Source: a virus
Taxonomy: Duplodnaviria > Caudoviricetes
DNA: 26,884 nucleotides
Strand: one strand, 5' to 3'
IMG/VR virus record: IMGVR_UViG_3300012665_000552
Location: 1-26,884 of that record
In this document: one piece after another, positions 15,483-24,376 of the stretch
How the letters are laid out: every line of letters starts with the position of its first letter
Position numbering within the stretch: the stretch's first letter is position 1
The notes under the pieces: generated by a model
The model's input: the letters and a program-made list of their open reading frames with translations, nothing else
Databases searched by the model: none
What the model was told of the DNA's origin: nothing
Translations under genes and position numbers: made by a program

Positions 15483-17276
15483 ATGGCAGTTGTGCAAATC
15501 TCAAGAATTCAAGTGCGTCGCGGCAAAAGAAACAGCGGCACCGGGCTACCACAATTAGCTTCAGGTGAGCTAGCATGGGCCTTAGATACACAAGAATTAT
15601 ACATTGGTAACGGTGCTGTTGCGGAAGGTAGCCCTGCTGTAGGAAATACAAAGATTCTAACAGAGTTAGATCTTAATGCTAACGGTAACATTTTAAATCT
15701 ATTACAATACATTTACAAAGTTACTGATACAGGTATGCGTACAGGGCCTAATTCAAATGCGCCCACTACAAGAAGCTTACAAGAACGATTTGATGATCGT
15801 GTAACTACAACAGACTTCGGCACGGTTGGCGATGGAACTACTGATGATACTGTAGAACTACAACGTGCTATTGATCAGCTGTTCTTAAACACTACACGTA
15901 CAAAGTCAAGCGTTGGAACTGCTGATGGTGTAAGTACTCGTGTTGTTTTAAACTTACCAGCAGGCATATTTAAAACTACTGGCACATTGTATATCCCTAG
16001 TTATGCTACACTAGTTGGCGCTGGATCACAAAAGACTATCATTTCATATACAGGATCAGGCCCAGCTATACAGTTCATTGATGATGCGTCAACTCCCCTA
16101 GCCGGTGTAACTCCTGCTAACTATATTTCTGCTACAACCTCAAGCACTTTATATACAACACAACCGCATAATATTATTATTAAAGGTATTACAGTTCTTA
16201 CTAACACAACTAACCAAACTGGAATGCAATTAGATTCAGTTCGTGATAGTGTGTTTGAAGATGTATCTGTGGAAGGCTTGTATGCCGGTGTGTACAATGC
16301 TAACAGTAAAGGCATTGCTATGACAGCAGTAAGTTCACTTGTAACTTGTGAACGTAATGTGTTCAATCGTGTTAAGGTATTAGGATTTACTTTTGGTGTA
16401 TTTGCCAAAGAAGACATTAAATCAAACACATTTAATGAGTGTTATCTAACTAAACTAAGACATGGTTTCTTCTTTGGTGCTAGACTAAACGACTCGTTAG
16501 GCAACATACTTGAAGATGCTGACGGTAGTACACCTGGTGAACAGTTTGGTCCACGCAATACAATTATTAGTAATTGTGTATTTGGTGGACAAGGTCAAGA
16601 TGGTATTTACAGACATGCGGTATATGTAGGTATTGGTACTGGTAATACTGTAAGAGACAGTAGTTTAATCAACGTTGGTAATGAAGCCGGCGGCAACTTA
16701 CTAGCAAAGTTTCCACAAGTATATTTTAACCAACCAAGCAATTCTGTAGATAATTTACAGTCCGACAGATCATTAGATTTAGCAGAACCACAATATGGTT
16801 TACCATATTTTGAAGTACCATATGTGCCTGAAGTATCGGGTTACGGTACATACAAGTCTTTTGGCATTAGAAGAACAAACAATACATTGGGACAACGAAC
16901 CGATTATGCGTTAGATGACATTGTATTTAGATTACCAGTATCAACACAAGGTAACGGCACACCATGGCATTCGATTTCATATTCAATTGATTATGTATAT
17001 AGAAGTACCGCTTCTCAATTTACACGCAGAGGTACTATGAAGTTGGCTGTAGATGTTGACGATGGTCTAGTACAACTGTCCGACGACTATGAAGTCATTG
17101 GATCAACCCTTACAGAAACAGATTCTCTCAAGTTAGAATTCCGTGCTCGATTATTAAATCAGAACGGCACATACTTCACCGGAGTTGGCAACCCATACTC
17201 CGTCGCAATCGAATATAAAAACACACTCAACGCAGACACTGGTGTGTTTACATATTCATATACATCATCGTTCTAA
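15483..17276 (+). CDS. Tailspike/fibre-like protein with Mtd-N-like head and pectate-lyase-like beta-helix
   Basis: IQVRRG...LASGELAWALDTQELYIGNG; DFGTVGDGTTDDTVELQRAID; LPAGIF...LVGAG..KTII; Asn/Cys ladders. Confidence 0.8.
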   Translation: MAVVQISRIQVRRGKRNSGTGLPQLASGELAWALDTQELYIGNGAVAEGSPAVGNTKILTELDLNANGNILNLLQYIYKVTDTGMRTGPNSNAPTTRSLQERFDDRVTTTDFGTVGDGTTDDTVELQRAIDQLFLNTTRTKSSVGTADGVSTRVVLNLPAGIFKTTGTLYIPSYATLVGAGSQKTIISYTGSGPAIQFIDDASTPLAGVTPANYISATTSSTLYTTQPHNIIIKGITVLTNTTNQTGMQLDSVRDSVFEDVSVEGLYAGVYNANSKGIAMTAVSSLVTCERNVFNRVKVLGFTFGVFAKEDIKSNTFNECYLTKLRHGFFFGARLNDSLGNILEDADGSTPGEQFGPRNTIISNCVFGGQGQDGIYRHAVYVGIGTGNTVRDSSLINVGNEAGGNLLAKFPQVYFNQPSNSVDNLQSDRSLDLAEPQYGLPYFEVPYVPEVSGYGTYKSFGIRRTNNTLGQRTDYALDDIVFRLPVSTQGNGTPWHSISYSIDYVYRSTASQFTRRGTMKLAVDVDDGLVQLSDDYEVIGSTLTETDSLKLEFRARLLNQNGTYFTGVGNPYSVAIEYKNTLNADTGVFTYSYTSSF

Positions 17277-17283
17277 ATAGATT

Positions 17284-17301
17284 TGGCTGTCATTACAGCC
17301 A
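17284..17301 (+). terminator. Hairpin after the tailspike gene (possible weak terminator)
   Basis: TGGCTGT-CATT-ACAGCCA; no clean U tract. Confidence 0.4.
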
Positions 17302-17308
17302 TCTCTCA

Positions 17309-17337
17309 TTGACATTTTTATAATACTAGCATATAAT
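17309..17337 (+). promoter_or_regulatory. Perfect sigma70 promoter upstream of nrdA
   Basis: TTGACA-N17-TATAAT; an additional TAAATA lies at 17451-17456. Confidence 0.88.
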
Positions 17338-17515
17338 TTGATTTGTTAGTATGATAAGAAAATATTTCGCAGATCCCCCTTTGATTCCGTGCGGTTTCCA
17401 TGCGCAAACCGTTGACTACCAAGAACTTTTGGCTTATTAAACGGTCTCACTAAATACTTCCTAAACACGATAACAATTAGAATAAATTATAATATACAAC
17501 AGCGGAAAAGAGCAG

Positions 17516-19861
17516 ATGAACAAAATTACAGTTATTAAACGGAGCGGCGCCAAAGAGATGCTCGCAGTAGAAAAATGGCAAGCTCAAGTAGCTAAAGTGT
17601 GCCAAGGGATAGCTGATGTTAGTCAGAGTATGATAGAAATTAAAAGTCAGCCACACTTCTATGACGGCATCACGACAAAAGAAATTGATGAGATTACACT
17701 TAGAGCGATTGTAGATTTAATTGACGTTGAACACAATCCAGACGTTGGCCACACTAACTATCAATACGTAGCAGGCAAACAACGTTTGTCAATGTTACGT
17801 AAGGATGTGTATGGTGATTACCAAGTACCACACTTGTATGAAATTGTAAAGAAAAATGTAGCAACGGGCTTGTATACAGATGAACTATTAACATGGTACA
17901 CTGAAGAAGACTGGAACAAAATGAATGACATGCTCGAGCATGAAAAAGACGAGCAATATAGCTATGCGGCTATTGAGCAGTTAATTGAGAAGTATCTTGT
18001 AAAGAATAGAGCCACTAAAGAGACATATGAAACTCCACAAATTAGATACATGGTTGCGGCAGCTACGGTCTTTCATAAAGAAGAACCTAATTCGGCTAGA
18101 ATGCGTTACATCAAAGAATATTACAATGCCGCAAGCGATGGCTTGTTTACTCTTGCTACACCTGTGCTGGCTGGGCTTGGCACTCCTACTAAACAGTTTT
18201 CTAGTTGTGTGCTTATCCGCAGTGACGACGATCTGGATAGCATATTTGCTTCTGGGGAAATGATGGCCAAGTATGCTAGCAAACGTGCTGGCATTGGCTT
18301 GGAGATTGGACGTCTTCGTCCGCTAGGCTCTCCCATCAGAGGAGGGGAAATCATGCACACAGGTATGATCCCATTCTTGAAGAAGTGGTTTGGTGACCTA
18401 CGTTCATGTTCACAAGGTGGTATTCGCAATGCTTCAGCTACAGTCTTTTATCCAATTTGGCATCATCAGTTTGATGACCTTATTGTGCTTAAGAACAATC
18501 AAGGTACAGAAGAAACTCGTGTCCGACACATGGACTACGGTGTGGTCCTATCCGCCTTCTTCTGGAGACGATTCAAGAACAAAGAAGACATAACATTCTT
18601 TGATCCTAATGAAGTACCTGACTTATACGAAGCATTCTATCAAAATACACAACGCTTTGAAGAGTTGTATGTAAAATATGAAAAGCGTAAAGACCTTCGT
18701 AAGAAGACAATGTCCGCTGAAGAAGTATTCAAGTCGGGCATATTGAAAGAGCGTACTGATACAGGACGTATCTATCTAGTGTTCATTGACAACGTGATGA
18801 ACCAGGGTCCGTTTGACCCAGAGTATCATACAATTTACCAGAGTAACCTTTGCTGTGAAATTCTTTTACCTACTAAGTCTTTTAAGCGTCTCGATGATGC
18901 TGACGGGCGCATTGCGCTATGTACATTGGGTAGTATCAACTGGGGAGCATTCCGTAATCCAGAAGACATGCGCCGTGCTTGTCGTATTCTCCATCGCAGT
19001 CTTAATAATATTCTTGACTATCAAGACTTTTTATCTATTCAGTCTAAGTTGAGCAACGATGAAATCCGCCCACTAGGCATTGGCATTACTAACCTAGCCT
19101 ACTGGCATGCTAAACGCAGTCTGAAGTATGGTGAGAAGGATGCGCTTGCTGATGTTAAAACATGGATGGAACATCAAAGTTTCTACTTAACTGAAGCATC
19201 AGTAGAGTTGGCCAAAGAACGTGGCAAGTGTTTGGGCAGTGATCAAACACGCTATGGCAAAGGTGTGTTTCCATGGGAACTACGTGCCAAAGGCATTAAC
19301 GAACTAACAGACTTTACACCAGAACTAGATTGGGAAACTCTACGTACTCAAATGAAAGAGCATGGTGTGCGTAATGCTACACAAATGGCTGTTGCTCCTG
19401 TTGAGTCTAGTAGTGTTGTAATCAACTCGACTAACGGTATTGAAATGCCAATGAGCCTTATCAGTGTTAAAGAATCAAAGGCAGGATCATTTACACAAGT
19501 TGTACCAGAGTACCATAGACTAAAGAACAAGTATCAGTTGATGTGGGAACAGAAAGACTGTGAAGCATACTTAAAAACATCAGCAGTGATCGCAGCCTAT
19601 GTTGACCAAAGTATTAGCACTAACACTTTCTACAACCCAGCTCACTATCCGGATCGTAAAGTACCAACTACATTAATTGCTAAGAATTTAATGCAAGCAC
19701 ACATGTGGGGTATCAAAACATTCTATTACAGTTTGATTAACAAAGCAGGTAGTAAGGCAGTTGCTGAACCAACTCCAGAGCAAACACAAATTAATGGTGT
19801 TCAAGTAAACGGATACCATTACGAAGACTTAGAAGATGATTGCGAGGCTTGTAAGTTATGA
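17516..19861 (+). CDS. nrdA: Ribonucleoside-diphosphate reductase class Ia alpha subunit with ATP-cone
   Basis: VIKRSG ATP-cone start, ATPVL, QFSSCVL, CSQGGIR, SNLCCEI, ALCTL, KTFYY, C-terminal CEACKL. Confidence 0.97.
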   Translation: MNKITVIKRSGAKEMLAVEKWQAQVAKVCQGIADVSQSMIEIKSQPHFYDGITTKEIDEITLRAIVDLIDVEHNPDVGHTNYQYVAGKQRLSMLRKDVYGDYQVPHLYEIVKKNVATGLYTDELLTWYTEEDWNKMNDMLEHEKDEQYSYAAIEQLIEKYLVKNRATKETYETPQIRYMVAAATVFHKEEPNSARMRYIKEYYNAASDGLFTLATPVLAGLGTPTKQFSSCVLIRSDDDLDSIFASGEMMAKYASKRAGIGLEIGRLRPLGSPIRGGEIMHTGMIPFLKKWFGDLRSCSQGGIRNASATVFYPIWHHQFDDLIVLKNNQGTEETRVRHMDYGVVLSAFFWRRFKNKEDITFFDPNEVPDLYEAFYQNTQRFEELYVKYEKRKDLRKKTMSAEEVFKSGILKERTDTGRIYLVFIDNVMNQGPFDPEYHTIYQSNLCCEILLPTKSFKRLDDADGRIALCTLGSINWGAFRNPEDMRRACRILHRSLNNILDYQDFLSIQSKLSNDEIRPLGIGITNLAYWHAKRSLKYGEKDALADVKTWMEHQSFYLTEASVELAKERGKCLGSDQTRYGKGVFPWELRAKGINELTDFTPELDWETLRTQMKEHGVRNATQMAVAPVESSSVVINSTNGIEMPMSLISVKESKAGSFTQVVPEYHRLKNKYQLMWEQKDCEAYLKTSAVIAAYVDQSISTNTFYNPAHYPDRKVPTTLIAKNLMQAHMWGIKTFYYSLINKAGSKAVAEPTPEQTQINGVQVNGYHYEDLEDDCEACKL

Positions 19862-20403
19862 CCTATGGGTTTATCAAAAACCTACTAGCCGAAGGTAGGG
19901 CAACATCATTATCGATTGATGCTCTACCATACGACAAAAAGGATCTAAGTCCTGTGTTGTCTAAAGAAACTCTTGAGTACCACTATGAGAATCTTGCCAA
20001 GACATACGCAAAACGTTACAACGCAGGCGAAGGTGATCCTGTGTTTAATGAAGCAGGAGTGTTCTTACACAACATCTTGTTTCAACAGTATCAAGAGTCA
20101 ACTGCTAACAATACACCAACAGGCTCAGTACTAGAATTAATTAACAAACATTATAAATCATTTGCTAAGTTTAAAGATGAATTTACTAAAGTGGCAATGA
20201 GTATACAAGGTAGCGGTTGGGTTTATCTAGCTAAGGATGGTAAGATTAAAACAATTACTAATCACGCTATCAAGAAAGATATTGTAGTATTAGTTGACTG
20301 GTGGGAACATGCTTGGGCATTAGATTATCAACAAGATAAAAAACAATACTTAGAGAATCAATGGAAAATTATCAACTGGGATCACATTAATGAGTTGCTA
20401 TGA
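19858..20403 (+). CDS. sod: Fe/Mn superoxide dismutase family protein
   Basis: LPY...ETLEYH...LHN...GSGW...DWWEHAW: four metal ligands present. Confidence 0.88.
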   Translation: MTYGFIKNLLAEGRATSLSIDALPYDKKDLSPVLSKETLEYHYENLAKTYAKRYNAGEGDPVFNEAGVFLHNILFQQYQESTANNTPTGSVLELINKHYKSFAKFKDEFTKVAMSIQGSGWVYLAKDGKIKTITNHAIKKDIVVLVDWWEHAWALDYQQDKKQYLENQWKIINWDHINELL

Positions 20404-20726
20404 TAACAGTAACTGAGGCAGCATCTAAACGTATTATTCAAAATTTAAAGAAACGTGGTAAAGGCGTTGGCATTCGTATTGGAATCAAAACTACTGGTTG
20501 CTCTGGACTAGCTTATGTGTTAGAATATGTAGACAAGGTAGAATACGAGGTTGGTGTAACAAATTATGCTCAACCCGAGTTTGCGATATTAGTAAGTGCT
20601 AAAGATGAGCCTTACTTGAATGGGCTAGTTATGGATTGGGTGCGGAATGGGCTAAACGAAGGATTTGATTTTAGCAATCCCAACGAGCGTGACCGTTGTG
20701 GTTGCGGCGAAAGTTTTAGGGTATAA
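20400..20726 (+). CDS. iscA: A-type Fe-S cluster carrier (IscA/HesB family)
   Basis: TTGCSGLAY...FSNPNERDRCGCGESF. Confidence 0.92.
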   Translation: MITVTEAASKRIIQNLKKRGKGVGIRIGIKTTGCSGLAYVLEYVDKVEYEVGVTNYAQPEFAILVSAKDEPYLNGLVMDWVRNGLNEGFDFSNPNERDRCGCGESFRV

Positions 20727-20730
20727 AATA

Positions 20731-21387
20731 ATGTTAGAAACTATATGTGACATAATGGTAGACGCTTACAAGCGTAATTGGATTACTAGCCGTGATGGTA
20801 ATGTAAGCATACGCCACCACGACCGTGACCACTTTTACATCACACCGAGTGGTGTGCGTAAGCAAACACTACAGCCAGATCAGTTTAAGAAGATTGCAAT
20901 TGATAGGACTATCAACAGTGGCAACGGTACAGGTATCTTTGGTTACAACTGGAGAGACTTGCCATACACTGACATCAGCAAGAATCTAACACCCAGCGGA
21001 GAGATTCCATTACACTTTGGTCTACAAAAAGAAATGGGTCAGCATAGCGGAGAAGTTCGTGTGGTTGTACATGTACACCCTACTTACTGTATTGCCGCCA
21101 TGCACGCCGGCATTGACCTCTCAACTATTAGTAAAAGTTTCCCAGAACTCAATCGTTACACGAAGGTAGCACCTAACGTAGGTGACGTTAATCCTATTAG
21201 TCAAGAATTGGCAGACTGGTGTTTTGAGAATCTACAGTTAGATGATCTTGGAAATATTGCCTACGATATTGTAGGTATTAAGGGACACGGTGTTGTTGCT
21301 ATTGACACAAGCCCGTGGCGTGCCTATGAGCACATAGAGAGATTAGAACACATTTGCAAGATAGTGCTTGCTTCAGGAAAATATTAA
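20731..21387 (+). CDS. Class II aldolase/adducin family protein
   Basis: GNVS, ITPSG, PSGE..LH, VVHVHP, KGHG. ATG 20731 preferred over TTG 20665. Confidence 0.88.
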   Translation: MLETICDIMVDAYKRNWITSRDGNVSIRHHDRDHFYITPSGVRKQTLQPDQFKKIAIDRTINSGNGTGIFGYNWRDLPYTDISKNLTPSGEIPLHFGLQKEMGQHSGEVRVVVHVHPTYCIAAMHAGIDLSTISKSFPELNRYTKVAPNVGDVNPISQELADWCFENLQLDDLGNIAYDIVGIKGHGVVAIDTSPWRAYEHIERLEHICKIVLASGKY

Positions 21388-22487
21388 TGAGTAAAGAACA
21401 ATATAACTTAAACACAAAGACAGACTACTTATCACGTAAGATGTTTTTAGACCCAGCAGGGCCAGTTACCATCCAACGCTTTGAAGAAGTTAAGTATAAT
21501 AAGATTGCTAACTTTGAAACAACAGCACGTGGATTCTTTTGGGTGCCAGAAGAGATTAGTCTAAGCAAAGATGCTAACGACTTTAAAGACTCAAGCGATG
21601 CTGTTAAACACATCTTCACTAGTAACTTACTACGTCAAACAGCATTAGATAGTTTACAAGGCCGGGGCCCTAGTCAAGTGTTTGCGCCAGTGTGTAGTCT
21701 ACCAGAGTTAGAAGCACTTATCTATAACTGGACATTCTTTGAAACTAATATTCATAGTCGCTCATACAGTCATATCATCCGTAACATCTACAACGTTCCA
21801 AAGGATGTGTTCAATACTATTCACGACACTAAAGAGATTGTGGACATGGCATCAAGCGTTGGTGATTACTATGACAAGCTACACCAAATTAACTGTGCTG
21901 TAGAATGTAATGGCGATATCAATGAGAAAGATCACATTAAAGCAATCTACATGGCTCTACATGCTAGCTATGCTTTAGAAGCGTTCCGCTTTATGGTATC
22001 ATTCGCTACATCGTTAGCAATGGTTGAGAACAAGATCTTTATTGGCAATGGCAACATTATCAGTTTGATCCTACAAGACGAATTGCTACACAAAGGATGG
22101 ACTGCTTTCTTGATTAATCAAGTAGTTAAAGAAGATCCTCGTTTTGCCGCAATCAAAGGCGAGTGTGAACAAGAAGTATACCAACTATACATGGATGTTA
22201 TCCGTGAAGAGAAAGAATGGGCAGACTACTTGTTTAAGATGGGTCCAGTTATTGGATTGAACGCTAACATTCTAAAAGACTTTGTTGACTACACAGCAGT
22301 TGGCGCACTAAAGGATATCGGTATTAAGTATAACAATCCTGCTCCTAAGTCAACACCTATTCCTTGGTTCAACAAGCATACTGATACAAGTAAGAAACAA
22401 ACAGCATTACAGGAATCAGAGTCAACCAATTATGTTATTGGTGTAATGGGTGACGGTATCAACTACGAAGAACTACCAAGCCTATGA
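21387..22487 (+). CDS. nrdB: Ribonucleoside-diphosphate reductase class Ia beta subunit
   Basis: FFWVPEE, LDSLQG, ETNIHSRSY, LEAFRF..SF, DELLH, QESESTNY; TAATG-coupled ATG at 21387. Confidence 0.96.
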   Translation: MSKEQYNLNTKTDYLSRKMFLDPAGPVTIQRFEEVKYNKIANFETTARGFFWVPEEISLSKDANDFKDSSDAVKHIFTSNLLRQTALDSLQGRGPSQVFAPVCSLPELEALIYNWTFFETNIHSRSYSHIIRNIYNVPKDVFNTIHDTKEIVDMASSVGDYYDKLHQINCAVECNGDINEKDHIKAIYMALHASYALEAFRFMVSFATSLAMVENKIFIGNGNIISLILQDELLHKGWTAFLINQVVKEDPRFAAIKGECEQEVYQLYMDVIREEKEWADYLFKMGPVIGLNANILKDFVDYTAVGALKDIGIKYNNPAPKSTPIPWFNKHTDTSKKQTALQESESTNYVIGVMGDGINYEELPSL

Positions 22488-23176
22488 ACTTAATGCCATT
22501 GGACTACGTTAAGGACTGGACATTAATGGACATTACCTTGGCAGGTAATATACGTTTAGAGGCGCCAGCACACTTAGACGGTGGCGGTACTTTATACAAA
22601 GACGACTTTGTTAATATAATAAGGCAAACTGGTAAGCCTAGTTATAAACGAGCATTTGAATGGTGCTCGGGACACGGTGTTATAGGCTTTGAACTGTTAG
22701 GACACGGGCTATGCGAACATATTGTGTTTTCAGATTACTATGATGTTGCTATTGATAATTGTTACCAAACAGCCAAATCAAATAGCCGTGTTGAGCAAGT
22801 AACTGGCTACACTAGTTCTACAATTAACGGCTTACCAGAGTCTGAAGTTTGGGATTTGGTCGTTGGTAACCCACCGTGGAACTTTTCCAAACAGAAGGCA
22901 TTAGATGGATTAGGCAAAGAGTTTAATCCTGATAACATTCCAAATATGTTGCGTATTTTGGTCGATGATGATTATAATATACATAGAGAGTTTTTCCGTA
23001 ATATTCGATCACACTTAACAGACGACGCTGACGTTTATATTATTGAAGGCAGTCGTGATCCAGCATTTATTATAATGGCATTACAAGGCGGGCTTCAACT
23101 AAAAAATATTTACGATGCTCCTCTAAGTGGTAAGTATTTAAAAGACGGTGGAATATTTCATTTCAAACCAGCTTAG
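22484..23176 (+). CDS. Class I SAM-dependent methyltransferase (NPPW, amino-methyltransferase type)
   Basis: FEWCSGHGVIG motif I; DLVVGNPPW motif IV. Confidence 0.8.
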   Translation: MNLMPLDYVKDWTLMDITLAGNIRLEAPAHLDGGGTLYKDDFVNIIRQTGKPSYKRAFEWCSGHGVIGFELLGHGLCEHIVFSDYYDVAIDNCYQTAKSNSRVEQVTGYTSSTINGLPESEVWDLVVGNPPWNFSKQKALDGLGKEFNPDNIPNMLRILVDDDYNIHREFFRNIRSHLTDDADVYIIEGSRDPAFIIMALQGGLQLKNIYDAPLSGKYLKDGGIFHFKPA

Positions 23177-23189
23177 TATAGGAACTAAA

Positions 23190-23432
23190 ATGATTACAGT
23201 ATATAGTAAAAACAACTGCCCATTTTGCGATAGAGCAAAGGCATTGTTAGAAAGTAAAGGCATTCCATTTAACGTAATTAAAATGGAAGACGAACCAACA
23301 GCACGTGAGTTCTTAATGGATCAAGGCTTGCGTAGTGTGCCACAAATTTTTAAGGACGGCGTTCTCCTTCCAGGCGGCTATCAGGGCCTAGCTGGAAAAG
23401 ACGAAACATTTTTTGAAACATTAAAGGGATAA
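23190..23432 (+). CDS. grx: Glutaredoxin
   Basis: VYSKNNCPFC...RSVPQIF...GGY; ATG at 23190 with AGGA SD. Confidence 0.92.
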   Translation: MITVYSKNNCPFCDRAKALLESKGIPFNVIKMEDEPTAREFLMDQGLRSVPQIFKDGVLLPGGYQGLAGKDETFFETLKG

Positions 23433-23433
23433 T

Positions 23434-23724
23434 ATGTTAATTGATAAAGGCGTAGCAGAAGGTGAAGTAATCACTTTCAAATTAACAAGCGGAGAAGAGC
23501 TTGTTGCTAAACTAGTAGAAGATGGTCCAGTTTATTATAAACTAAGCCGTCCAATGGTTATTGGTATGGGAGAACAAGGCCCAGGACTAATGCCATACTT
23601 GTTTACAGTACATCCGGATAAAGAAGTTAAACTTCAAAAGTCTACCGTAACAGTAGCCGAAGCAACTGACAAGCAATTTGCCAAACAGTTCATCGAGTCC
23701 ACTTCAGGGATTAAGTTAGTATAA
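23434..23724 (+). CDS. Small beta-barrel (Sm/SH3-like) phage protein
   Basis: FKLTSGEELVAKL pattern; C-terminal TSGIKLV. Confidence 0.6.
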   Translation: MLIDKGVAEGEVITFKLTSGEELVAKLVEDGPVYYKLSRPMVIGMGEQGPGLMPYLFTVHPDKEVKLQKSTVTVAEATDKQFAKQFIESTSGIKLV

Positions 23725-24029
23725 TGCCAGCCGTAGCTAGACAAGGTGATCCAACTACAACCGGACATGGTTGTGACACTACTTCAACAGTAGTAGGACC
23801 AACTGGCGCCAGCGCAAAAGTATATGCTAACGGTATACCAGTTGAATGCCAAGGCGACCCTGTTGCTCCGCATACTATTCCATCTGGAAGAAATTGTGTT
23901 GCTCATTCAGCAGTTATCAATGTCGGATCGGGAACAGTTAAGGTAGGTAATAAACCTCTAGCACGAGTTGGCGATTCCACCGACGCCGGTGCTATCACGG
24001 CTGGAAGCCCAAACGTAATTGCCGGCTAA
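23724..24029 (+). CDS. PAAR-domain spike-tip protein (T4 gp5.4-like)
   Basis: PAVARQGD, VYANGIPVECQGD, VKVGNKPLARVGD, ITAGSPNV. Confidence 0.92.
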   Translation: MPAVARQGDPTTTGHGCDTTSTVVGPTGASAKVYANGIPVECQGDPVAPHTIPSGRNCVAHSAVINVGSGTVKVGNKPLARVGDSTDAGAITAGSPNVIAG

Positions 24030-24038
24030 CCAAATAGG

Positions 24039-24067
24039 TTGACCAATACCACAATTACCTATAGACT
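24039..24067 (+). promoter_or_regulatory. sigma70-like promoter
   Basis: TTGACC-N17-TAGACT upstream of 24106. Confidence 0.6.
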
Positions 24068-24105
24068 AAGACAGTCTACATAATTAACAGACAAGGAGAT
24101 TTATT

Positions 24106-24306
24106 ATGGCTACAAACAAACACTCAGAATTCACAGCAATCGTCGAAGCAATGGAAGGCGATTTTGAAAAGTTCTACGACAAAGAAGTAGGTGCCGCGGG
24201 TACTCGTGTTCGCAAACACTTACAAGAATTGGCTAAGTTATGCAAAGAAACACGTAACGATGTCACAGCAGTTAAAAACGCAAGAAAAGAAGCATCTGCC
24301 AAATAA
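24106..24306 (+). CDS. Histone H1-like Hc1-family small protein
   Basis: DFEKFY...AAGTRVRKHLQELAKLCKETR; strong SD AAGGAG. Confidence 0.75.
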   Translation: MATNKHSEFTAIVEAMEGDFEKFYDKEVGAAGTRVRKHLQELAKLCKETRNDVTAVKNARKEASAK

Positions 24307-24317
24307 TCCAATTTGAC

Positions 24318-24346
24318 TTGACAATTATCCGAAGTTGTTGTATAAT
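24318..24346 (+). promoter_or_regulatory. Perfect sigma70 promoter
   Basis: TTGACA-N17-TATAAT. Confidence 0.9.
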
Positions 24347-24376
24347 ATAATCTATATTAACAACTTTGGATTTTTT

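Noticed and set aside
15483-17276. Diversity-generating retroelement target (Mtd-like N-terminus)
   Set aside because: No reverse transcriptase and no TR/VR repeat pair visible in the window.
17277-17515. NrdR boxes or a tRNA upstream of nrdA
   Set aside because: No convincing match to the NrdR palindrome and no cloverleaf or TTCGA T-loop.
17516-22487. Intron, intein or homing endonuclease in nrdA/nrdB
   Set aside because: Both ORFs are continuous and of normal length, and the intervening genes have no HNH/GIY-YIG/LAGLIDADG motifs.
23724-24029. Type VI secretion locus
   Set aside because: A lone PAAR gene in phage context fits a gp5.4-like tail spike tip.
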